The notes under the pieces are model-generated. The model did no database searches. It had not been told where the DNA came from and saw nothing but the letters and a program-made list of their open reading frames with translations. Below, one piece after another: positions 1 through 7,403 of a stretch of DNA of 26,593 nucleotides (positions within the stretch are counted from its first letter, which is position 1; each line of letters opens with the position of its first letter). Source of the DNA: Candidatus Equibacterium intestinale (GTDB lineage Bacteria; Bacteroidota; Bacteroidia; Bacteroidales; UBA932); NCBI GenBank assembly GCA_018064305.1, contig JAGHVP010000143.1, positions 1 to 26,593 on the forward strand. Direction: 5' to 3'. The position numbers and the translations under genes are program-made.

Positions 1-36
1 AAGATAACTCAAATAGATGGTTCGAGGAAATTTTTG

Positions 37-44
37 TATCTTTG
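37..44 (+). promoter_or_regulatory. Bacteroidota sigma-ABfr -7 promoter box (TATCTTTG)
   Basis: Exact TAnnTTTG match followed by CA, directly upstream of a two-hairpin unit ending in a T7 run. Confidence 0.6.
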
Positions 45-49
45 CAGGT

Positions 50-125
50 GACATAGCGGCAGAAATGCCGATGTGTTTAAAATTCGTCGGGTCCGGCTTC
101 AGCATTGATGTCCGGGCCTTTTTTT
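50..125 (+). ncRNA. Candidate ~75-nt structured small RNA
   Basis: Promoter box at 37-44. Hairpin 1 is ACAT(AG)CGGCA-GAAA-TGCCG-ATGT (51-74) with a GNRA tetraloop. Hairpin 2 is GGGTCCGG...CCGGGCCT (89-119) followed by T7 (119-125). No ORF inside. Confidence 0.5.
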
Positions 126-135
126 GTGGCGATTG

Positions 136-157
136 TTTTAGTACCAATTTAGTACCA
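136..157. repeat. Tandem direct repeat TTTAGTACCA x2 (11-bp period), integrase arm-type site candidate, unit 1
   Basis: TTTTAGTACCA-ATTTAGTACCA; the same pair recurs at 272-293. Confidence 0.75.
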
Positions 158-179
158 AAAGACGAATGTTCTTGATATG

Positions 180-211
180 AAAATGCCCCTCAGATATCTG
201 AGAGGCATTTT
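180..211. repeat. 32-bp imperfect inverted repeat of att-like unit 1
   Basis: AAAATGCC-C-CTCAGATATCTGAG-A-GGCATTTT; same outer arms and same length as the hairpin at 315-346. Confidence 0.75.
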
Positions 212-214
212 GTG

Positions 215-236
215 GCGGTGCGGAAGGGACTGCGAA
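215..236 (-). mobile_element. Duplicated, degenerate tRNA-Asp 3' end (att core candidate)
   Basis: GCGGTGCGGA (215-224) is identical to 350-359 at the tRNA 3' end. It continues as AGGGACTGCGAA versus CGAGGCTCGAA, a decayed T-arm. Confidence 0.65.
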
Positions 237-271
237 AGGCGAAAATCTATAAAATGCCCTTCTGGCGAAGA

Positions 272-293
272 TTTTAGTACCATTTTAGTACCA
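272..293. repeat. Tandem direct repeat TTTTAGTACCA x2, integrase arm-type site candidate, unit 2
   Basis: Perfect 11-bp tandem repeat starting 78 bp before the tRNA 3' end core; the spacing in unit 1 is 79 bp. Confidence 0.75.
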
Positions 294-314
294 AATCACG
301 AAATATCTTAAATG

Positions 315-346
315 AAAATGCCCTGCAATTACTTGTAGGGCATTTT
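315..346 (-). terminator. Hairpin downstream of tRNA-Asp (likely terminator / att-associated hairpin)
   Basis: AAAATGCCCT-GCAATTACTTGT-AGGGCATTTT inverted repeat 4 nt past the tRNA 3' end. Confidence 0.6.
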
Positions 347-350
347 TAAG

Positions 351-425
351 CGGTGCGGACGAGGCTCGAACTCGCGACCCCCGGCGTGACAGGCCGGTAT
401 TCTAACCAAACTGAACTACCGCACC
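351..425 (-). tRNA. tRNA-Asp(GTC)
   Basis: Reverse complement is GGTGCGGTAGTTCAGTTTGGTTAGAATACCGGCCTGTCACGCCGGGGGTCGCGAGTTCGAGCCTCGTCCGCACCG. Acceptor stem GGTGCGG/CCGCACC, anticodon arm CCGGC-CTGTCAC-GCCGG, GTTCGA T-loop. CCA is not fully encoded. Confidence 0.97.
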
Positions 426-446
426 TTTATTTCCCAAATGGGATTG

Positions 447-454
447 CAAATATA
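447..454 (-). promoter_or_regulatory. -7 promoter box for tRNA-Asp (TATATTTG)
   Basis: TAnnTTTG on the minus strand about 22 nt upstream of the tRNA 5' end. Confidence 0.65.
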
Positions 455-495
455 GAGCTATTATTTGAAATACCAAAATATCTGCAAGATTTTTA

Positions 496-1044
496 TCATT
501 TTTTTTCAATGATTTTTCTGAAGAAACTGAAGTGGACATTGCCATACTTGCGCTCTTTCACAAAACCAGGCTCATTATCAAAACTATACGCAGACGGATG
601 CTCCAGAACGAACAGTCCGTCGTCCGCCAGGAAACTGCTTCCTAAAATCTTTGCAGGCAGCGTATCGAGCCCCGCTATGGCGTATGGCGGGTCGGCAAAC
701 ACAAAATCGAAGCGCTTCGTGCATATTCCGATGAAGTCGAAAACATTGTGGTGAACCACCTGCATCCCCTTTATGCCAAGCGATGCGGCGGTCTTTTTGA
801 TGAAGCCGGCATTCACAGGATTCATCTCCACTGCCACAATATCCCTGCAGCCGCGCGACGCCGCCTCGTAGCTGATGCTTCCTGTGCCGGAGAACAGGTC
901 CAGCATCACAGCCTCTTCAAGATCCACCTCCCCCATCAGGACATTGAAAAGCCCTTCCTTCGCAAAGTCGGTGGTGGGCCTTGCATCATATTTTGCGGGA
1001 GGATTTATCATCTTCCCCTTCAATGTTCCTGAAATTATCCTCAT
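496..1044 (-). CDS. rsmD: 16S rRNA (guanine(966)-N2)-methyltransferase RsmD
   Basis: MRIISG..KG, RPTTDFAKEGLFN, LDLFSGTGSISYEAASRG and FADPPY motifs. Confidence 0.93.
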   Translation of the reverse strand: MRIISGTLKGKMINPPAKYDARPTTDFAKEGLFNVLMGEVDLEEAVMLDLFSGTGSISYEAASRGCRDIVAVEMNPVNAGFIKKTAASLGIKGMQVVHHNVFDFIGICTKRFDFVFADPPYAIAGLDTLPAKILGSSFLADDGLFVLEHPSAYSFDNEPGFVKERKYGNVHFSFFRKIIEKK

Positions 1045-1487
1045 GCCACTCTTTCTATACCTTGGAAATATTTGAAAAGCACCTCCTGCCAGGCATACTC
1101 CAGTTCACCCGAATAGCGCACCACTGTCTCTTCAGGAACAATGCCCGTCTGGTCGAGCGCCGCCATAAGGAAATACAGCGCAGTGGTGAAATCAGCCGCC
1201 TCGAAGCAGTTGGCCAGAAGAAGCTTTCCGTCACGGGCCACCACCAGCGACAGCGCCGTACCATCGTATTGCATCACTACTTTCTCCGACTCCGGAATAC
1301 ATGCCAGTGAGCCGGAAAGGCGGTACACAGCTGGAACGGAGTTGCAATAAACAAGAACTGCCCCGTATTCGGGCAGTTCTATATATCCAATAGTGTCGTC
1401 TTTCTCAAGATGTACCAGCTGAGACAACAACTTTGCAGGATCCGATGCGTCGAAGAACGCACGGGGTACCAGAGTGAATCTCTCCAC
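1041..1487 (-). CDS. DUF3822-like protein (short form)
   Basis: GTG start overlaps the upstream stop and its stop overlaps the rsmD start (ATGA). Contains 'GKLLLANCFEAADFTTALYFLM' and lies in the usual Bacteroidota position upstream of rsmD. Confidence 0.65.
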   Translation of the reverse strand: MERFTLVPRAFFDASDPAKLLSQLVHLEKDDTIGYIELPEYGAVLVYCNSVPAVYRLSGSLACIPESEKVVMQYDGTALSLVVARDGKLLLANCFEAADFTTALYFLMAALDQTGIVPEETVVRYSGELEYAWQEVLFKYFQGIERVA

Positions 1488-2095
1488 TACTCCCAGTTAC
1501 CGGCGTTGTTGTTAGGATTCTCGATGCTTCCAACCTGCAGGCCGGGGAAACGGTCGGTGTCGGTACGCTCGTGAATGAGGTTTACCACAAGCTGATGGTC
1601 CATTCCCTTGAGGAGTGACAAGTAGGGGACTTTTGCCTCGAACAGAGGGACATCCACGCCTGACACCTCTTTGATAAGAGCCTCCATGGAGATCTCATCA
1701 CCATCAGAGAAAGGTATATATTTGAGCTGGTCGGGATCAAAGTCGGGACGGTTCTTGAGCAGAGTGTCACGAACTGGAATCTGAATTGCCTCACGCTTTA
1801 CAAGACCCCTTGCCACTGCCACTGAATCGTCGGCAGAACCGATTGACTTGATGACAGTCATGTTACCATTTTTGTAGAACTCTACGAGAGTGTCAATCTC
1901 TGAAGCGAACTTACCGTTGACATTCTTGTAGGCAACCTGAAGGGTACGGATGTCTTTCAGTTTGACGATGGCAGCCTGTTCTCTTGCAGTCTGCTCCTTT
2001 TTGAATTTGACGGGTTTGTTGATTCCGCTGACAAGCAGGTAAGCCAGAAGAAGGATAATCAGCGGGAATACCACATAAGTGAGAACTTTTTTCAT
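1487..2095 (-). CDS. Conserved Bacteroidota membrane-anchored hypothetical protein
   Basis: N-terminal TM helix, LKDIRTLQ.AY motif and C-terminal GLQVGS...NNAGNWE; first gene of a coupled run with the DUF3822-like gene and rsmD. Confidence 0.8.
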   Translation of the reverse strand: MKKVLTYVVFPLIILLLAYLLVSGINKPVKFKKEQTAREQAAIVKLKDIRTLQVAYKNVNGKFASEIDTLVEFYKNGNMTVIKSIGSADDSVAVARGLVKREAIQIPVRDTLLKNRPDFDPDQLKYIPFSDGDEISMEALIKEVSGVDVPLFEAKVPYLSLLKGMDHQLVVNLIHERTDTDRFPGLQVGSIENPNNNAGNWE

Positions 2096-2130
2096 AGTTA
2101 TAATAATGTTACTTTATTTCAATTAACTCA

Positions 2131-2138
2131 CAAATGTA
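2131..2138 (-). promoter_or_regulatory. -7 promoter box (TACATTTG) for the rsmD operon
   Basis: TAnnTTTG match in an AT-rich divergent intergenic region. Confidence 0.55.
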
Positions 2139-2169
2139 AAAATAATATTTAGTGCTTGCAAGATATTTT

Positions 2170-2177
2170 TAAATTTG
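2170..2177 (+). promoter_or_regulatory. -7 promoter box (TAAATTTG) for the nrnA-FKBP operon
   Basis: TAnnTTTG match 30 nt before the ATG at 2207. It lies inside the longer ORF call, which supports the 2207 start. Confidence 0.55.
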
Positions 2178-2206
2178 CAGTCAAAACGGAGCAAAAGCAG
2201 TACGAT

Positions 2207-3226
2207 ATGAGGACATTCATTAATGAGGAGAAGTTTTCGGAACTGACAGGGAGCGCGGCCTTCATCACGCTTGTGGGCCATCTGAACCCCGACGGAGATG
2301 CCATCGGATCGCTGTCCGGCATGTACCACTACCTGTCTGCCAGAGGGAAGCAGGCTGCAATCGTGCTGAACAACCCGCTGCCAGACAACTTCGGTTTCCT
2401 CACCGCAGGTCTGCCCATCTTCTATTACGATGACGCGCCGGAGAAATGCATCGAAGCGGTGCGCAGGGCCGACCTCATCATCTGCCAGGACATGAGCGCC
2501 CCGTCACGTGCCGGCGACATTTCAGCAGAGATAGAGAATGCATCCTGCCCGAAAATCCTGATCGACCACCACCTCAACCCAGCTGTCGAATGGTTCGACA
2601 CCGTAATTTCCGACACCGAGGTCTCGTCTGCCAGCGAGCTGGTGCTGCTCACCCTCCTAAAGCAGGAAGATGTAGTCCAGGATGTGCAGAAGCTTCCACT
2701 CGAGTGCGCAACCGCCCTGCTCACAGGCATTCTCACCGACACCAACAACTTCTCCAATTCGGTCTTCCCCACCACATACGATGCGGCAAAACTGCTGCTG
2801 CAGCGCGGCGCCGACCGTGATTTCATCTACCGCGAGGTGTTCTGCTCTTTTTCAGAGCAGAGGATGAGGCTGATGGGCTACCTGCTGAGCGAGAATATGA
2901 GATATATGCCGGAATACGGCACCGCATACTTCACTTTGAGCAAAAATGACAAGAAAAACTTTTCTTTTTTGCGTGGAGATAGCGAAGGTTTTGTAAATTT
3001 ACCGCTTGCAATAAAAAATGTGAGCCTCACCGCCCTTTTCACAGAAGACGACGGATTTGTGAAAGTGTCGCTCCGCTCGAAAGGAGATGTGGATGTGAAT
3101 GAGTTCTCACACAGGTATTGCAACGGAGGCGGCCACAAGAATGCTGCCGGCGGCAGGGTTTATCTTCCTTTTGAAGAGATTCCCTCCTATTTTGAAAAAT
3201 GTATTGGCGAGTTTTTTGCGCGATGA
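2207..3226 (+). CDS. nrnA: DHH/DHHA1 bifunctional oligoribonuclease / pAp phosphatase NrnA
   Basis: H.NPDGDAIGS, IDHH, TDT..F, SLRS and GGGHKNAAGG motifs. Confidence 0.9.
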   Translation: MRTFINEEKFSELTGSAAFITLVGHLNPDGDAIGSLSGMYHYLSARGKQAAIVLNNPLPDNFGFLTAGLPIFYYDDAPEKCIEAVRRADLIICQDMSAPSRAGDISAEIENASCPKILIDHHLNPAVEWFDTVISDTEVSSASELVLLTLLKQEDVVQDVQKLPLECATALLTGILTDTNNFSNSVFPTTYDAAKLLLQRGADRDFIYREVFCSFSEQRMRLMGYLLSENMRYMPEYGTAYFTLSKNDKKNFSFLRGDSEGFVNLPLAIKNVSLTALFTEDDGFVKVSLRSKGDVDVNEFSHRYCNGGGHKNAAGGRVYLPFEEIPSYFEKCIGEFFAR

Positions 3227-3702
3227 AGAAGTTTGCTTTCATACTGATGTCACTGATGTTCCTGGCCGCCACGCTCTGCAGCTGCAACGAGTCGTTCAAG
3301 AACGCCGCGATATCGCAGGAAGAAAAGATAGACGCATTCCTTGAGAAGAATTACAAGGATTCCCTGGTGGTTTTCAACCAGGGGGTCAACAGAATTGTAA
3401 AATTCCCCGGAATCGAGGGTCTGGTGGCCCGCACCGGCGACAAGGTCAGGTTTACCTACCTTGCATACACATTCAGCACAGATATAGGAACAGCCCCTTT
3501 TGCCAGCGGAGAATACACAGCCACCATCGGCAAGGGTGAAGTCATCAAAGGGCTCGACCTCGGTCTTGACGGCATGCAGCTGGGCGAAGAGTCCTACATC
3601 CTCTTCTCCTGCGCGTATGGATTCGACAAACCTGTTGCCGGCATGCAGAAAGTGGCCGCATACGCATATTACGTGAAACTGTTAGCAATTAATGAAGAAT
3701 AG
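3223..3702 (+). CDS. FKBP-type peptidyl-prolyl isomerase family lipoprotein
   Basis: ATGA overlap with the nrnA stop; lipobox LCSC; GEVIKGLDLGLDGMQLGE..Y FKBP motif. Confidence 0.82.
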   Translation: MKKFAFILMSLMFLAATLCSCNESFKNAAISQEEKIDAFLEKNYKDSLVVFNQGVNRIVKFPGIEGLVARTGDKVRFTYLAYTFSTDIGTAPFASGEYTATIGKGEVIKGLDLGLDGMQLGEESYILFSCAYGFDKPVAGMQKVAAYAYYVKLLAINEE

Positions 3703-4738
3703 AATGAAATTATTCAGGATCAACATACTGGCACTTGCCGCAGTCCTTCTGTCAACCCTTTCCTGCGCGCGCTACGAAACCGAAGACAACATCTCGGCAC
3801 AGAAGCGCATCCGCGACGCATGGATGAGGGTAAACCTCGGGAAAGAGCTCGAGGCCAATGAAAACGGTCTTTATGTGATTGACCAGAAAGTCGGCAGCGG
3901 CCGTGAGATCGGTGACAGTTCATACTGTCTTATCGAATACACTGCACGCGACTTCGAAGGGAACTACACCACCTACACAAGCGCCGAAATCGCAAAGATC
4001 CTTGGCAAATACAGAGACACTCTATACTACTCTCCGCAAATCGTCCACTTCGGTCATTTCGAGATGTACACACCTGTCGAGAACTACTTAAGGTCTCTCA
4101 GGGAAGGCGGATACGCCCACTTCATACTTCCTCCCGAGCAGTCTGTGTACAACTATCCCAAAGAGTGGAAGTCTTACTATGCAGCATACGGCAAGGATAG
4201 CGACACTCCGTCACTCTCAGAAAACTGCATCTACGAAGTCAATGTCGTGAAGGTGTTCGACGATGTACGCGAATACGAAATAGAGCAGCTTGAAGACTAC
4301 GCGGCAAAGAACTTCAACGGAGTGGATTCTATAAGCCGCGGCTTCTATATGGTCAAGCTCAAGGAGATGCCGGCAGAAGATTCGATTACAGACAACAAGT
4401 CTGTCAAGGTCAAATACATAGGCAAGCTTCTGGACGGTTTCTGCTTCGACACCAACATCCAGGACACAGCCAAGGTCTACGGACGCTACAAAGCCAACAA
4501 GAAGTATTCTGACCTTTCTGTCACCTATCATCCCAACGGATACACACTCGGTACAGATGGAGAGAAGACCTACAGCAACGAGGTCATCCAGGGCTTTGCC
4601 ATGGCAGTAGGCCGCATGAGGTACGGCGAGAAGGCCATCGCCTTCTTCTGCTCAGACCTCGCATACGGTTCCAAGTCATCCAAGGTCTACCCCGCCTACT
4701 CCCCGATGTGCTTCTACATCGAGGTGGTGAAGGAATAA
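3692..4738 (+). CDS. FKBP-type PPIase lipoprotein with two FKBP-like modules (start may be 3704)
   Basis: Lipobox TLSC; V.VKYIGKLLDGFCFDTN and VIQGFAMAVGRMRYGEKA...LAYG motifs; degenerate first FKBP-like repeat. Confidence 0.82.
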   Translation: MKNRMKLFRINILALAAVLLSTLSCARYETEDNISAQKRIRDAWMRVNLGKELEANENGLYVIDQKVGSGREIGDSSYCLIEYTARDFEGNYTTYTSAEIAKILGKYRDTLYYSPQIVHFGHFEMYTPVENYLRSLREGGYAHFILPPEQSVYNYPKEWKSYYAAYGKDSDTPSLSENCIYEVNVVKVFDDVREYEIEQLEDYAAKNFNGVDSISRGFYMVKLKEMPAEDSITDNKSVKVKYIGKLLDGFCFDTNIQDTAKVYGRYKANKKYSDLSVTYHPNGYTLGTDGEKTYSNEVIQGFAMAVGRMRYGEKAIAFFCSDLAYGSKSSKVYPAYSPMCFYIEVVKE

Positions 4739-4741
4739 CTG

Positions 4742-6760
4742 TTACAGATTATTATCCAGCCAGTGGATGCGCTGGGTGGTGAACCGGGTCAGATATTTGA
4801 CCTCCGACTCATACGTAGTGCGGCTCGCATATCCATCTGGATTTGCCCATACATATTCTCCAAGTATCGGCCACTTTTTGAAATTCAGGCGTGAATCAAA
4901 ACTCATGACTGCCGCCATGGCAGGGATGGTGTCTGTGATGTATGCATCCAGAGCCGGCTTGGTCTCATCCCAGCGGTCACGTACTTTCTGCGCGAATTCG
5001 GGATCTTCGAAGAGCCTTGATATCCACGCCGCCTTCTTGATCCAGAAACCTCTGGGCTTGTCGTTGTCGTTATAGTTGACATTGCCGAACCCGATGTCGA
5101 AGTCCCAGCTGGGTCCCATGTGGATAAGACTGTCGGCTGGGTCGTAGTACATATACACGCTGGTATGGAAGATAGCGTCGTTGTTCTTTGAGAGTTCGCT
5201 GATGATATACCAGTCCACAAACGAATCCACGTCTATGAAATTAGAGTAATGGCTGCGGCCGGTTGTGAATTTGCTTGAGTAGATGGCATCTTCCACTGAC
5301 TGTATCTTCCTTTGGACATACTGCCGGTATTCTTCTGGGATTTCGTCACCATCGGGGTCACAGAGTGCGAATTCCACCCAGTGAGTGGACCTGAATGTGA
5401 ACTCCTGGTCACAGCGGGCATCAACCTCCATCAGGAAACCGTATTGTGGCAGTTCCTCAACCGAAGGGCAGTCTTTGATATCGGGGATGTCCACCCTCTT
5501 GCTGCCTATTCGCGGAGTCTCTGTCACACAATAGATGCCCTGGTACTCTCCGTTCATGAACATGTGTGTCTGCTGTGTGCGGGGGTTCCAGTCAAGGTTG
5601 GTGTATATGTCACGCCCCATATTGTAGGCGATCTGGTTGCGGATGAGTGTCTTGTCGCAGTAGTTTGCCACCAGTGCGAAAGACTTGTGCTTCTTGAGAC
5701 CGGCGAACTTGGCCTTTTCAGGAAGTTTCAGAGTGAACGAGTGCTTCGGCATGTTCCACCAGCTGGAATTGCCTCGCCCCTTCATCATGCAGTTCTGGTA
5801 GCTCTTCACTGTGCTGTCCATCTCGAAGAAACCTGCCTTTATATTGTCGGTGTAGTCATCACGCGAAAAATCGGTTGTGGGTGTCTCTATCACAAGGAGG
5901 GGGATTTTTGTGGCGCACACTGTATAATCCTTCTTGTCGCCGTTTTCCGCCACTACAGTCAGGGTCACAGGATCGGTGAAATCGATCTTGCTGTAGCTGG
6001 GGCTCACAGAAGAGCCCTGGTAAAGCACGTCACTTCCGTTTGCCACCTTGTATGACAGTGTAAGTTCTGTAACATCTGCATCTTCAGGAACCTGGATATA
6101 GAAAGTGTTGTCAAGCACAAATAGATGCTTATGTCCGTTAAGTGCGAAGTATTTGACACCCACACCGTTTACAGGTGCAAGTTCGAACGGTGTCGATGTG
6201 TCCATCTTGAAATCGAACGAACTGCCGTCGTCCATTGTAATGAAAAGCTGGCCTGAATAGTCGTCGACCACAACAGACCAGACCTTTGCCCCGGAGGGGA
6301 CTGTCCTGCCTGTAATGAACTGGCCTGCAATGGCAAGCGGCCGCCCATAATTATGCACCCTTATCACATAATTGTCATTCTGGTTCACCAGGACACGTAT
6401 GAAGGACCCTCCGACGGAACCGTCCATCCCGGAAGTGGTGACAGGGTTCTTTTCTGCATCGGTCACCAGGGTATATGATTCTCCGCCGTCAACCGAACAC
6501 ATCCAGTATCCGGCCTCGTCCGTAGCATAGAGCGGTGTGACCGCCTCTTTCTTGTTCTCTACAGTGGTAGCGGTACCGTCGGTGAATGTTATTGTCCACC
6601 CGCGGCCCGCATCGATTGTAGAGACATTCTGCACCACCTTCCCATTTTTGAAGGCCGCCTCCAGTTCTTTGTATTTCGATGGTTTGTCAATGCCATCCTG
6701 GCAGGCGGCAAGCACCATACCCAGAAGAAGCACAACAGCCAGTTTCAGTCCTGATTTCAT
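4742..6760 (-). CDS. CotH kinase family lipoprotein (DUF4988-like N-domain, Ig-like domain, CotH) - copy 1
   Basis: Lipobox LAAC; KGRGNSSW..PKHSF, LVANYCDKTLIRN, NGEYQGIY, ELSKNND and GPSWDFD CotH motifs. Confidence 0.88.
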   Translation of the reverse strand: MKSGLKLAVVLLLGMVLAACQDGIDKPSKYKELEAAFKNGKVVQNVSTIDAGRGWTITFTDGTATTVENKKEAVTPLYATDEAGYWMCSVDGGESYTLVTDAEKNPVTTSGMDGSVGGSFIRVLVNQNDNYVIRVHNYGRPLAIAGQFITGRTVPSGAKVWSVVVDDYSGQLFITMDDGSSFDFKMDTSTPFELAPVNGVGVKYFALNGHKHLFVLDNTFYIQVPEDADVTELTLSYKVANGSDVLYQGSSVSPSYSKIDFTDPVTLTVVAENGDKKDYTVCATKIPLLVIETPTTDFSRDDYTDNIKAGFFEMDSTVKSYQNCMMKGRGNSSWWNMPKHSFTLKLPEKAKFAGLKKHKSFALVANYCDKTLIRNQIAYNMGRDIYTNLDWNPRTQQTHMFMNGEYQGIYCVTETPRIGSKRVDIPDIKDCPSVEELPQYGFLMEVDARCDQEFTFRSTHWVEFALCDPDGDEIPEEYRQYVQRKIQSVEDAIYSSKFTTGRSHYSNFIDVDSFVDWYIISELSKNNDAIFHTSVYMYYDPADSLIHMGPSWDFDIGFGNVNYNDNDKPRGFWIKKAAWISRLFEDPEFAQKVRDRWDETKPALDAYITDTIPAMAAVMSFDSRLNFKKWPILGEYVWANPDGYASRTTYESEVKYLTRFTTQRIHWLDNNL

Positions 6761-6800
6761 TTATTTACGCTAAAAACTCATATAAAGATACAAATAATTT

Positions 6801-7394
6801 TCAGAATCTGACACTCATTCCTACTCCGGGAGCAAGATTGAGACCACCGGCTGATGCACTGCCGGCTGCGGGTGATCCCGGGCCGTTGAATGTCACCACC
6901 GTCGGGAGGATGGTGATTGTGGTTTTTACGCCGGTATCTGGGCCGAGCCCGACAGAAGAATTGTGCACCTCAAGTATCCTGTCTATCTTTTTGTTTGCAA
7001 TAGGAAGGATTATGGCACCGGTAAGCGCAGTTGCAGCTCCGATACCGAGAATGATATAGTTAGCCCTGTTGAACTCGTATCCGCCCAATGTGCAGTACAG
7101 CAGTTCGACCAGGCCGTAACCAGCCGCATAACCGATGCCGTCGCCTATGAGTTGTAGTCCAAGGTCATGGTTTCTGAAAGCCCTCTTGATGGCAATGAAT
7201 TCCTCTGCCGGAAGCCCTGCCTGGATCTCTTCGTACGTAAGGCAGCGCGACTCTCCTTCCAGTGCGCCGATTTCAACCACTTCACCTTTCTCGCGCACCC
7301 AGCCTCCGGGCAGTCTGCTGTTGTCATTTCTGGTCTGGGCCATTGCCGCGCCGCACACAAGCAGCGCCACCGCCAATACAAGTATTCTTTTCAT
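6801..7394 (-). CDS. Hypothetical exported protein with Gly-rich hydrophobic hairpin and C-terminal Phe
   Basis: SPI-like signal (CGAAMA-Q), two Gly-rich hydrophobic segments and terminal GVGMSVRF; 9 nt downstream of menA. Confidence 0.7.
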   Translation of the reverse strand: MKRILVLAVALLVCGAAMAQTRNDNSRLPGGWVREKGEVVEIGALEGESRCLTYEEIQAGLPAEEFIAIKRAFRNHDLGLQLIGDGIGYAAGYGLVELLYCTLGGYEFNRANYIILGIGAATALTGAIILPIANKKIDRILEVHNSSVGLGPDTGVKTTITILPTVVTFNGPGSPAAGSASAGGLNLAPGVGMSVRF

Positions 7395-7403
7395 CTTTCT
7401 AAT

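Noticed and set aside
136-293. TTTAGTACCA repeats as a CRISPR array
   Set aside because: The repeats are 10-11 bp in adjacent pairs without unique 30-40 bp spacers, and no cas genes are present.
432-443. TCCCA-AA-TGGGA mini inverted repeat in the tRNA leader
   Set aside because: A 5-bp stem, within chance expectation, with no further support.
353-754. 133-aa plus-strand ORF
   Set aside because: Antisense to tRNA-Asp and rsmD; no recognisable motifs.
2156-2206. N-terminal extension of nrnA in the ORF track
   Set aside because: It overlaps the -7 promoter box at 2170-2177; ATG 2207 fits better.
2207-4738. nrnA-FKBP-FKBP cluster as a novel system
   Set aside because: This is a common Bacteroidales housekeeping arrangement as far as I recall.
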